The notes beneath the pieces are model-generated. The model was not told where the DNA came from. It saw nothing but the letters and a program-made list of their open reading frames with translations, and searched no databases. A stretch of 64,000 bases of DNA from Piromyces finnis finn (lineage: Eukaryota > Fungi > Neocallimastigomycota), in the NCBI GenBank assembly GCA_002104945.1, contig MCFH01000042.1, forward strand, positions 1 to 64,000. The letters run 5' to 3'. Numbering within the stretch: the stretch's first letter is position 1; every line of letters begins with the position of its first letter. Below, in pieces: positions 14,301-29,684 of the stretch. A program made the translations under genes and the position numbers.

Positions 14301-17300
14301 TCAAAATTCTCCAAATATGATACCATCTCAAATGGCATCTAATGTTTCATTATCTTCATCTTCCATTACTAGTAATTCTATGAGTTATATGGAATCTCTT
14401 GAAAAAGAAACCCAATTGATGGACAATGAAATTAACGATTGGAGTTATCACATTCAACAGAGTAGTAATATTATTGAGAATCCAAGTATGACTTATTCAC
14501 CGATAAGTTATAATTGTTATGAACGTGATAATGTTTCTTCTCAGTATCTTTGTAATGAGGAATGCCAGAATATAAATTCAAATGATTATATATCAAGAAA
14601 TATGAATTCATCAATTGTAAGAAATTCTCGGGGATTAAATGCCAATGTATTAACAAATTCTGTTTATGGTTCTTTACCCATTGCAACAAATAATAATTAT
14701 CAGAATGAAACTGCAAATATTAAACAGGATATTAATGGACCTAAAACAAATAGAAGTTTTTTCTCAGACATTGCTCCTTCATTTTATGAGAATAATAGTA
14801 ATTCCTATGTATCAGATCCACTAATAGAAGAAAATAATGTTTCGAAGAATAATTTAGTAATGAATCATGAAAAACAAATACGCGTTGAAGAAAAAGTAAT
14901 GAATGAAATTAATCATAAACCAAATGAATTAAATACGAAATTTATAAGTCATTCACTTCCTTATGATTATAAGATAATGGAATTTGTGAAATCCTCTCCG
15001 TTAATAACAAGTCCTGGTGCTCGTTCATTTGATGATATAATGGAAGCACCAGCAGATGATTCAAATATAGAAAAAATCTTTCCCTATCCAATTGTTACTG
15101 ATATTAGTGAAATACAGACAAATGATAATTTAAAATCGACATCTCATAATGAAGTTACTTCTACTACTTCGTCAATTATTACAGATATATCAAAAGAATC
15201 AAGTAGTAATAAGCAAATAAAGTTAAACAAGATTATTGAAGAGTCAGCAAATAAAGATCAAATTAATAACATTTCTGAACTTCAATCATTTGAGGTTGTA
15301 AAGACGAAAGATAAAAAATTAGAAGATAATACTTCTATTATCCTTCCTAAAACACCTTCAATGGTTTATGAAGGTATGCTTTTGTCAACAAGCTTTTATT
15401 TCTATGTTTTTGTGATGTTTATTTATTTCATTTTTCATAATATTTCAAAAATTAATTTGTATCATTGAAAAATTACCTCATTTTCAATTTTTAATAATTA
15501 ATATAAATATTATTATTATTATATATTTAAATAACTGTAGTAATATTATCAACTGATATAGTAAATTAAATGACTAATTCATTTTATTTATTATTATTAT
15601 ATTTTATAGAACATTCATCAATGTTATCCGAGGATATTACAAATAATAAAATTTCGACAAACAATGGAAATAGTAATAAAATGATTAATTTCGATGGTAA
15701 TAAACCATCAAATACCATATCTTCAAAAACTGCAACTTCTCCTAACTCTAGTAATCCTAATGCAACTATTTATATGAACATAATACAACCGAAGGAAGAA
15801 AAACCTTCATCTATTCCACCACAAAAGCCGCAGAAATCAATTAAAAGAATAAAGGAGAATGAAATGAAAGGATCATTTAATTCCTCACAAAAATCAAATA
15901 ATAATTTATCTCCAAATGATATGTATATAGATGTAAATATTTACCCTACTAGAAAAACTAGTATTATGGGTTCATTAAACGTAAGAAATCAAATGAAAAT
16001 GTTGAGAATTAACCCAGAAAATATTCCATTGAGAAGAACTAATGAAAACATACCTTCACCTGTTTCCAGTCTTTCGTCATTTGATCTTGATAATAAACCT
16101 TTACAAAGGAAAAACTATGATAATAACAAAAACAATAGTATTAATGTCAACGACAACAACAATAATAATGATAATAATAAAAATAATAATGATAATAATA
16201 AAAATAATAATGATAATGATAACAACAACAACAAAAACAACAACAACAATAATAATAATTACATCAAAAACAACAACAATAACAATAATAATGTACCTAT
16301 TCAAAAACAACCTTTATTAAAGCCAAAAAGTAAACAAGTAAAAGATTATAAGAATTATCCTAGAAGAGAAAGTTTAAAGAAACAGCAAATCATTGTTATG
16401 GAAATAGATAAAGGATCATCATCTCCAACTGTAAATCAATTTAATGTTAATAATCCTCAATATCGGGATATATATAATATTGAAACAAATGAAGAATATA
16501 AAATGGAATCTATAATCAAAGAAAGCGGTCATTCAAAGAAAAAGAACCCATTATTCAAAATAATCGAGAAAAGCAACCAAGAAAAGGAAAAACCAATAAA
16601 GCCAAACATTGAAGAACTATTTTCAGAAATCCAACCTAGAAAATCATCCCTTAAAGATTCAATGAAATTAGATGAAGTAAAAAATAAAAAGAAAGAAAAA
16701 GAAAATGAAGAAAAACTAAGGAAATATTCGAAGGAATTGGAGAAAAAACAACAGAAAATAAAGGAAGCTCAAAAGAAGAAGATTAAAAAAGAGATAAAGC
16801 GTGAAAAAAAAGAAAAAAAGATTGAAGAGAAATTAGAAAAACAAGAAAAGAAATACCAAGAAAAATTTAATTCAAGTAAATTAAAAATTTCTTCTCCACA
16901 ACTAATATCAGTAGATGAATATGAAGCTATAGCATCTCCAAGCTCAATAAAGTCTAAAAAAGAAAAGTCGAAAAAGAGTCCATGGTATCAATTAGCTTTT
17001 TCCAAATTACCATCAAAAGCTATTAATTCAAGTAAAAAGAGTAACCTTTTTACTGAATTTAAAAAAGGTGATACAAATACAGAAATTTTAATTACTCGTA
17101 CACCTACATGCTCTTCTCACACTTCTATAAGAAGAAGAGTTGTAAACTCAAATCGTACTTCTGTTTGTACAAATGGTACTTCTAATACAATATCCACTCA
17201 AAATTCTGTTTCTTATGCTAATCAATTTGATAAGCTACCAGAAGTTCCAGCTATTTTAACTAAATGTATAGGTCTTATTGAACAAATTGGACTTGAGACT

Positions 17301-19507
17301 GAAGGTATTTATCGTATTTCCGGTAATTCCTCCAATGTTCAAAGTCTTTTGAAACTATTTCAACAACAGCCCGATTTAATCCAACTTCTTCCACCTGGTA
17401 ATGAACCACCTAAAGCATCATCTCGTAAAGCATTTAAATCATCTTCTAGTATACCACCTCCTTCTTCTAGTCTTTATAAGGATTCTAAATTTTTGTATGA
17501 TAATGATATTCATGTAGTTACTGGCTGTATTAAGTCGTGGTTAAGAAATGGTATACCACCGAAGAATGAGCCACTATGGCCATATAATATGTATGATGAT
17601 TTAATAAAGGCCTCTCAAATTAAAGATTACACAGCAAGAATGATTGCATTTCAGGATTTGGTTCATTCTCTTCCACCAAAGAATTTTACTACATTAAACT
17701 TCTTATTTGAACATTTATTTAAGGTATCTACTTTTTCTGAACAAAATAAAATGACTATAAGTAATCTGGCTATTATCTTTGGTCCTACTTTATTAAAATC
17801 ACCACCTGATTCCAAAGAAAATGAATTAATAATTATTACTAGAATGCCATTCCAATGTAAAGCTGTGGAAGTTTTGATTGAACAATATGAATGGCTTTTT
17901 GGTCCAATTGAATATGAAGAGGAAAGTATTGATGAAGAAGATCTTGGTATTGAATTAATAAATTCTTCTTTTCATAATATACAAAATCAACTTCAAGAAG
18001 AAATGAAGAATAATGAGGTTGTTATTTTAAAAAATACTTCTAATAATGATATTGATGTAGTTGTTAGTACTACAGATAAGTTAGGTATAGTAGTTCCAAT
18101 TGATAAGAGTAATGCAAAAGATGATAAAGAAGAATCAAATTCAACTAATTCTAATGAAAATAAAGTTCTTATTGAAAATGTGTTAGGTGAAGAACAATTA
18201 CAAGAGGCGGACAATTCAAAGTATAAAAATACAGAAGATGATTTATATGATAGTAACGAAAAAGAGGAAACAAATGAAAGTATCAATTATGAATTTACAC
18301 AAAGTCAAGAAAAAGAATATTCTTCATTTGAAAAAGAACATAATGAATCACATGAATCATATAATACTTATAAATCAAATGATCAAGATAATCATGAAAA
18401 CGAAATATTTAATTTAGGTAAAAATAAAGGAAATTGCCAATATACTGATAATGAAGTACAAGATTTTTCAAAAGGTATATCAATTGATTCTATTCAAAGA
18501 ATGAAAAAAGCTTCTGAGGAATTATTTGAACTTGTAAATGATGATGATAATTCAGATAAAGGTTTAAAAGGAAATAAAAAGAAAGATAAAGATAAGGGAA
18601 AAATTAAGATTAAAAATAGTTCTAGTAGTAATAGATTAAAACAATTATTAAGTAGACCAAATAAAACTAAAAAATCAGATTGTGATATTAACGGCCAAAA
18701 TTCTTTATCAAAACATTCTGATCTTAGGACATTAATTTCAAGTCCTATATCAGTTCGTCATGTAGGTGGTTCATCTCCATCAACTGATAAATTTATTTTA
18801 GATAATATAACTAGAAATGCAGATCCATTAAATTATAATAAAAGTGAAAAGGATATAAACATAGTAAATTTACCTCCAACTGTTAATGAACATTCCGTAA
18901 ATGAATCTTTACCAAGTAATCATGGTAATCTTTTTAAAATAATGAGTGAAAATAAACATAATATAATCAATGAAACTGGCGATAATGAAAATAACTTTTC
19001 TTCTGAAAAAACACCAACAAATTATGGTTTTAATGAAAAAAAGAAGGGAAAGGGTCTTTCACAAAAAGTGTCAAACTCATCTATGAAGATTTTCCAAGAG
19101 CAATTTTTAATGGATGGATTTGAAAATGATATTGAGTCTTCATTAAATGGTAATTATAAAACATTATTAATTGATATTTTTATTCTATAATTGTTGTTAA
19201 AACTAAATTAAATTTAATAAAATATTAATATATATTATTAAAATTTATTTTAATAGACTTTTTATCTAAAAAGTATGGTGAAGATGAATTAAATTCAATT
19301 ATTAATGATAAAGATGAAAAAAGTAAACTTAAAAAAAACTCAATTATTAGATTATCTACCCAAATGACAGCTAAATGGAATTTAGAACTTGAAAAACATT
19401 TGGAACAAATATATAAGGATAAAAAAAAGAGCAAATTGTATATTAATGATGATTTTGAAAATGTAGAAGAAAAACTTAAAAACATTACGACACTTCCAAG
19501 AAAGTAA
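10579..19507 (+). CDS. Large Rho GTPase-activating protein with a (split) PH domain and RhoGAP domain, ~2861 aa, 3 exons
   Basis: Exons 10579-15373, 15610-19149 and 19257-19507, both introns phase 1 and GT..AG, total 8586 nt. RhoGAP domain: VPAILTKCIGLIEQIGLETEGIYRISG (arginine finger codon at 17313-17315), DIHVVTGCIKSWLR, LPPKNFTTLNFLFEHL, NKMTISNLAIIFGPTLL. PH-like segments: VEKSGFVLRK and WGLFFVELRGQYLFFYR. The rest is N/S-rich low complexity plus a K/E coiled coil near 16680-16870. Confidence 0.9.
16149..16292 (+). repeat. Coding (AAT/AAC/GAT)n trinucleotide repeat giving a poly-Asn/Asp tract in the RhoGAP
   Basis: The sequence aacgacaacaacaataataatgataataataaaaataataatgat...aacaataataat encodes NDNNNNNDNNKNNNDNNKNNNDNDNNNNKNNNNNNNNYIKNNNNNNNN. 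Confidence 0.9.
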
Positions 19508-20782
19508 AATAGTTAAGACATATATGTTTATATAAGCAATAACAATTAAAATCAGTTATAATGACAAACATAGATATAATCCTTTTATTTAAATAAAAAC
19601 TTCAACAACAACAACAAAAAAAAAAAAATAATAATAATAAAAGATTTTTTTTTTTTTAAGTTTTTTAATTATCAATCATTAATCTATTTATATTTTCCAT
19701 TTTAAATTCTTTTATAAAATTATTGCAATTAAATTGAAATATTTTTGTTTTAGGTAATAATATTGAATTTACTTAAAAAAACAGAATTATAATAGCAACA
19801 ATAACAAATGGATATATATTGTTTAATAGTAATAATTACATTTATTTTTAAAATATTGATTAAAATGGATATATTATTCTTTTCAAAAATATTAAAACAA
19901 TAATCAAAATTAATATTATTTATACTATATATAACTTAAAAATTATCCTAATTGTACAAATAATTCATGACAAACATTGAAAAATAATTTAATATTTTCC
20001 TATAAATGGTAAAAAAAAAAAAAAAAAAAAAAAAATTTAATAATATATTGTTATTAATTTAATACTAAAAATAAAAATAAAAAAAAAAAAAATATATATA
20101 TATATAAATATACAAATAACTGATATTTTTATTAAAAATAAAAAGTCTGTAATTTTATAAAGTTGAATTTAAATATTATAATATATATATATATAAATAA
20201 ATAAAATAAAAATTTTTAAAAATAATAAAACAGAGATAAAACTTTTTTTATAAAAAATTAACATAATATTTCCCTGTTTATCTTTAAATTATTTATAACC
20301 TTTAATTGCAAACCAAAATTATTTTATCAAAACATACTTTATTCATAAAAAAAAAAAAAAAAAAAAAAAAATCTTTTTTAAATTATTTTAATTTTATTAT
20401 CAAAGGGTATCAGGGTAATAAGTTAGAACTCTGTATAATAATGAAAAAATCTATTAATATAATGCTTTTCAACTATTATTATACTACTTTAAAGGTAAAT
20501 CATTATATAAATTGATATGATAAAGAATTGAACACGTTTATATGAAGATATATTTGAAATTTATTTAAAATAATTAAAAAGTAATAATAATAATTATGAT
20601 ATTTGATTATATATTTCATTATAAATTATAATATTTAATATTAATATATTTATGTATTATGTATTAGATAATAATCTTTTGTTTTAGAATAAATAATTGC
20701 ATGCCTTCAACGAAAAACTGTTATTTAAAAGTTAAAGATAGTTTTTCTACTCATGTTTTAAAATTTATTCATATTCAATAGT

Positions 20783-23020
<2,238 letters not shown>

Positions 23021-23461
23021 TGCTTATAATTATATATATGTAATGTAAATTAGATTTTAAATTTGAAAATGTATTTAAATTTTAAAAGTCTATTTTTTTT
23101 CAAGAATGATTTTATTTTATATATATACTTTAACATGATTGGTTATAAATTAAAGATTTCAATATAATTGTTAAAAAATATCTCACTATTTAAAAAAAAA
23201 AATAAAAAGTAAAAATTGTGTAACACTAAAATGTTATAAACTTTAAAATTATTAATTTTTAAGTTTTTTTTATTTAAATGATTATTATATAAAATATTAT
23301 ATAAATGTAGATAGAATTAAATTTTTTTTTCTCCTTATTTTGTTAATAAGGGTTATAAATTAATGTATAAATGAATTATACATATTTTTTTTTATTATTT
23401 AAATATTTATTTTTATTTAAATGATATGAGGATATTGTGGATTTAACTTTTGTATTATTGA

Positions 23462-26400
23462 TTATTGAAGTTGATGGATACTTTTAAACCGATTTACTAT
23501 TTTCATTGCATCCTTTATTATATAATTTTTAAAATAGTAATTAATAAATAAAAATATTATATATTAGTTAAATGTTTTATTTTTCAAATGAAACTATAAA
23601 TTTGATTATTTACTTTTATTATTAAATCTCTATTCCATTCATTCTTTTTCATTGTAACCAAATGGGTTAATTCCGAGGATAAATATTGAATCATTTCAAT
23701 ACTCAGATTGCTAGATATGTTATATATACGATTTTCAAGATCTTGCAATTTCTCAATATCTAATTCAAATATTGGCTTCACAATTTTATCTAATTATAAA
23801 AAGAAGGAATTTAAAATAAATAAAATTTAAATATATATAAATACATATATTTTATTTATAATAATTTTGTAATGAAAAAAATTTTTGTTATATAAATTAC
23901 CTTCGAGCACTTCTTTTTCAAAACAAGACCTATTATTTTCATCATTTATGTGTTGTAACTGGAATAATTTAGGGCTATTAGCATTTTTTATAGTTTCAAT
24001 ATTGTTTATATTTTCAGTTCTATCATCCATATCCGTCTCAAATGAATCATCATTGCTATCAATAATAATAGGATCCACCTTTCCCTTTTCTAAAGTAGTA
24101 TTTCCATAATTATTGTCGTTTATGTTATCAACTGCTGATGATATCTCAGATATTACTACCTCATCTTTATTATTTTTATTTAAATCTTTATTATTATCAC
24201 TTGATAGATTTTGTAAATTCTTTCTTGTATTTTCTGAATCTTCATTTTTGTAGTTCTCTTTTAAATTGTCAATTTCACCTTCATTTGTATTTTCATCACT
24301 ATTATAATTTGTACTTTCATTTATGCTTTCATTACTACTTTCATTTTCTGTTTTATCATTTTTGATATCTTCATTGGTTGATTTATTCAAATCGTTTGCA
24401 CTGTTATTTTTATTATCATTATCATTTTTGACATTATCATTATCATTGTCATCGTCCTTATTATTATTATTATTATTATGTTTATTCCTTCTTAAATCCT
24501 TTAAATTTTCAAATGAAACTATATCAAGATCTGGCTTTTGACCTAACAATCTTCTACTTTGTCTTGTCCCAGGTGCACCATTATGGAATTGATACTTATT
24601 AACTACTTATTAAGATATTTTAATAATATTAATAATATTAGTTAGAATATATTTGATTACTTTATTAATTATAATATTTAATAATAAAATAATTATAATA
24701 CCTTCAGTAATTGTGTCATAATTATGTTTATTATTAGTATGATTACGATTGTTAGCATTATTGCTATTATTATTGCTATTATTTTCATTATTTTTATTAT
24801 TTTTCTTATTTTGGATTTCTTCTAATTTCCTATGACGGATTACTTGATTACATTCCCATACCAATTCTGGATTTAAAAAATGCATCATTACTTTAACATT
24901 ATCTTTTAGAATTTTTGCTTTTCTTATAATATTGTTTGGATCATAATTTTGATTATAAGTCATTGCATTATTAACAATAAGTTCAATATCTTCGTACCAT
25001 TCTTTTGGAGTATTATATTCTCTATTATCAATTTTTTCATCAATTTTTGAAAAATCCATTGGTTGCTCAATACATTCTAAATAATCTTCTGCTTCAGAAA
25101 GATCAACTGGATAGCAAAATACTTTCAATTCTTTATCTTTTCTTAGTTCTTTTGTCATTGTACGAAGTTCTCTTCTTAATTCTGCTAATACATATTCATC
25201 ATGTTCATGTATTTTATCTAATTCATCTTTTGTAAATTCACGTGGAGGTGGAGGTGGAGCCTTTGGTAAAACCTTATTTTCTTTTTTAATAAATATTTCG
25301 GTTTTTGGTGATTTTAATCCTATTATTTTATTTGTAATTTTGCTTTTAATGGGTATATATTTAACTTTCGGTTTTTCTTTAATTTCATCAATGATATTTT
25401 TAAAGAAGTCTTTTATTTCATTCTACATTAATTTATATTTTAAATTTAAAAAAAATGAAATTTTGTTATTTAATATTTATTTTTTTATTTATAAGTTATT
25501 ACTAATATAAATTACCATGCTTGGTTTTGTAATTTCATATACTCTTTTTATTCCTAAGTTATAAAGATCCATATTGGGTATTAAATTAAATAGTTTTAGA
25601 ATTTCAGGTATATCTTTTGCTCTTTGATTACAGGTTGCTAAAAAGAAAACTGGGTATTTTGATTCAAAATCTTCTAGATTCATTAAAAATATATTTTTAA
25701 TAAGATCTGAAACAGAATTCCACCAAATATCAATATTTGGTATATATATTGCAACAGGGGAATGTCTACTAAGTTCTTGAAATGATGAAATAATAGTTGA
25801 TTCAATCGTCTAATGTTTCATAAAATAATTATTTTAGTAATTATGAAAAATATTAATATTGCAGTATAAATATATTTACCTGATATGATTCTTTTAATAG
25901 TGTATTTAAATCAAATGATTTAATAAAAAATCCCCAATTTTCTAATTTATTTACAATGGCTGGCCCGATAAAATTTGTTTGTCCCATTCCTTTTTCACCA
26001 CAGATTAACAATCTTAATCGGTATATTTGGTAGCTTTTTAACTCAATATTAGTTAATGAATCCCATGACAATAATCTTGAATCAAAATTTTCTTGAGTAA
26101 TATTAATAAAAATATATTAATGTATTGATATATTAATAAATAATATTAATTTTATATAAATTGTATTTACCATATGAAGAAATACTATCCTCTAAAGATT
26201 TAAAATCATCTTCTTCATTTATTTCCCAATCATGTTTTCTTTCTTTTGTGACAATTGGGATTATATTATCTAATATACTAATAATATTTGTATAATTTGA
26301 ACGGAATAACGGCATTAAATCATTTGGTATTTCTCTTGAATATCCAGTTGATGATCTAAATGTTGAAGGTTTAATTGCTATTTATGTATTCATTAATATA

Positions 26401-26890
26401 CATAATTAATTGGATTTTTAAAATAATGCATTTATATTATAATAAACTTACACTTTAGTGCACTTAAAAAATCTGAAACATTAACAACAATATCATCTGT
26501 GTTTATTAAAAGCTTTTCCCTACTATCATATATTTGAGGATATGTTTTTTTCATTGCATGAATAGCAGCTTCAGTACATAAAGCTTTTACATCTGCACCA
26601 CAATAGCCTTTGGTAATGCTTGCTAATTGATCTATTACTTTTGGTTCAAGTGGTGGACTCCAACTTTTTGTATTTATTTCAATAATTTTTTTTCTAGCTT
26701 CAATATTAGGAAGAGGAAAATAAAACTCTCTATCAAATCTACCAGGTCTTCTTAAAGCCGGATCTATAGAATCAATTCTGTTAGTAGCACCTATTACAAC
26801 CACTTGACCTTTACATATATATATGTATATATACATATACATTATTATTATTATTATTATTTAAAAATACAAATATTAAATTATTTAAAA

Positions 26891-26932
<42 letters not shown>

Positions 26933-29684
26933 AATAAATTAAAAATACCTCTCTTATCAAGACCATCCATTAACGATAATAATGTAGTAACAATAGAACT
27001 ATGAATTTGGTCTTGTTTACTTGATCTTACAGGTGCTAAACCTATTTTTATATTAATTAATAAATTTAGATATAATTAATAAATTAACATAAATATACAA
27101 AGTATTAAATAATAATTTAATTTTACCATCAATTTCATCAAAAAAGATAATACTTGGTTGCCATATTTTTGCTTCCTCGAATAATAATTTTAATTGCCTC
27201 TCTGATTCTCCTACCCACTTAGTTAAACAATCTGCACCTTTTCTCATAAAAAAAGCTACTTTTTGATTTTGGGTTGAACAGCTTGAAGCTAATGCACGAG
27301 CTTTAATTATAAGAAGATGTTAAGAATAATAATTTATTATATTATTAATTTTTAATTTTTAAAATACTAATAGTCAATAATGTTTTATATAAATTATTAA
27401 ATCAAAATACCTAGTAGGGTTTTTCCTGTACCAGGTGGCCCATGAAATAAAACTCCACGAGGTGGTGTAATTGAAAATTTTGAATATACTTCTGGGTATA
27501 ATAATGGAAGAATGACCATTTCTTTTAAGGATTGTATATCTATTTATTAATTAGATATTTAACTGTTAATATATATTTTCAATATTATTTTTATTTTATT
27601 TGAATATTATACTAACGTTCATTGAGTCCACCAATCATGTTAAAATCTACTGGTTTTACGTCTACTTGATCTGTATCAGCAATATCTATTATTATTAAAT
27701 ATATATAGATATTTGTAAATAATAATTAAGAAAATAAATAAAGTAATAAATAAATTAATGAAAAAAAAAATTTTTTTTTAAGTATATAATAAATGTAAAG
27801 AATTAAAAATATTAATATTTAATTTACTTTGACCATCATGTGTAAGCATATTCTTTAATATTTCATTATCATTTGGATTTGATGATAAATTCAACTGTTG
27901 TAAAACTTTTTGCTCAGCTAATAATAATTCTTTAATATTCATAGGAACAATAGATCTTCCATTATCATCATCATCCCCTCTTAAACCATTTCCTCCTAAT
28001 CCTATTCTTCTAGGCGCTCTACCAACAAATAAATTCTTTCTTTCGTCTTCACTATCCTATTAATATTTTTTTAAATAATGTTAATATAATAATAAATATG
28101 AAATGTAATCTTCATTAAATTCAATTTTTTTTTTAATTTATTTTTAAAATTAAATTTTATTTACTGATTTATCACGATAACTATATGAACGCTTTTTTCT
28201 GTATGAATATGAGCTTGAAGAAGATCTATTAATAAATAATCTATGTCTTTGATTTCTCGAACTTTTTTCTATATGTTTATGAGCATTTTCTATTAAACTT
28301 GGTAAGGAATAATTTATGGTTTGATCACTTCTTCTTAAATTATAATTGCCAACTTTTCTTGATTCCAGCATTTCATCTTTCTGATGATCTACCAAATTCT
28401 TTAATTCTAAAGACGGTTTTCTTAAATACATTTTTGATGGTACTTTATTACAAATTAGATTTTTTTATTTATTAAAAAAATTTTTGAATTTATTTTAGTT
28501 CAAGTAATATTATATATAATATATATTTATTATGCTTATTATATATATACCTTCTTTTTCTTCTTCATCATTATCTGCACTATGTAATTTGGTATACCTC
28601 ATAGAATAGCGTGTTTGGTGACGAGTAGCATATCTTGTTGCATATCTTGTTTTATAACGATATTCTTCTTTTTCATTACTATTATCATTTTGATCTTCAT
28701 AATCTTCAAACACTTTCGGCTTAATTGTATTACTGTGTGATCTATTTCTTAAGTTATAATGATTATTCTGATTTTCTTCATCTTGTTCCTGATCTTCTAA
28801 AATTATTTTTTTTCGTCGAGGACGACCTCGTCTATGAATATCTAATAATTTACATAAATTATTTTTGAATAATTTTATATAAATATAATAAATAAGTTTT
28901 TGAATAGAGAAATACATTATTAAAAGCTAATTAAAATATTATTATATTATATATAATTACCAAAACTGTTTTCTAAGTCATCTTCTATAATTTTTGATTT
29001 TAAATCTTTATTATTTGGTAGTTGATTATCATTTCTCGCTTCTGATTGATTTTTATTATCATTTACATCTTCACTATAACCATTTTCATTATTATACTCA
29101 TTATCATTATTATTTTTTCTTTTCATATATTCATTATAATCGCCTTCATTTGAAGATTTAATATAACTTGATATTGGTTTCACTATTTCTTTATAATGTG
29201 AAAAGGTATTATATCTTGTATTATGATGATTTAATTTTGTTGAATTCGATAAACTTATATTACTACTTTTAGCTTCATTAATATTGTTATTTTGATTATT
29301 TTTATTAATATTGTTTTCAACATCTTCAATTACACTTTCATTTACTGTATCATTATCATCTTCAGTTTCTCGAACATTTTCATTATCATTTAAATTATTA
29401 TCTTGAATATTATCATTATTATTGCAATTATTATAATTATTTGTATCTCTTTCTAATTTAATAAATATTGATGAATCTTTTTCATTATAGATTTTTCTCC
29501 TTTTTCTACTTTTTGAGAGATTTGAATTAAGATTAATTCTCCTTGAATATATTCTATTATCATCTGAACTTTCTGAATCATAGTTTAATTCTGAATAATC
29601 TTCTGCATAATTTATTTGTCTATGTGAAGTTCTTAATCTCGTTGAATATCTATTTGTATTTTCTTGTTTTATATCATCATTCAT
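23462..29684 (-). CDS. YTA7: AAA+ ATPase/bromodomain histone chaperone Yta7/Abo1/ATAD2, ~16 exons
   Basis: AAA1: Walker [22 protein letters not shown] (~27410-27460 plus the next exon), [21 protein letters not shown], Walker [42 protein letters not shown]2 is degenerate ([12 protein letters not shown]). A bromodomain lies at ~24860-25140, followed by TRQSRRLLG and a C-terminal domain ending [21 protein letters not shown]...LQ*. The start at 29684 is the simplest model; an upstream exon is not excluded. Confidence 0.93.
26894..26930 (+). repeat. 37-nt poly(A) tract (poly-U on the transcript) inside a YTA7 intron
   Basis: Uninterrupted A run. Similar homopolymers occur at ~19990-20014 (A), ~31140-31164 (T) and 46264-46293 (T30). 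Confidence 0.9.

Noticed and set aside
10706-19485. Small ORFs overlapping the RhoGAP (10706, 14471, 16042, 16101, 17993, 18187, 19225)
   Set aside because: Shadow ORFs from trinucleotide repeats and stop-poor antisense frames. They have no independent motifs.
20306-20515. 69-aa plus-strand ORF with poly-Lys
   Set aside because: It starts at TTG, spans an A homopolymer and has intergenic composition.
24585-24610. Apparent in-frame stop in YTA7 suggesting a pseudogene
   Set aside because: It arises only if the second AG (aataag) is used. The first acceptor (aagtag, exon start 24602) restores [21 protein letters not shown].
23885-27004. Plus-strand ORFs inside YTA7 (23885, 24138, 24323, 25005, 26804)
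   Set aside because: Antisense to coding exons or to the A37 intron tract.
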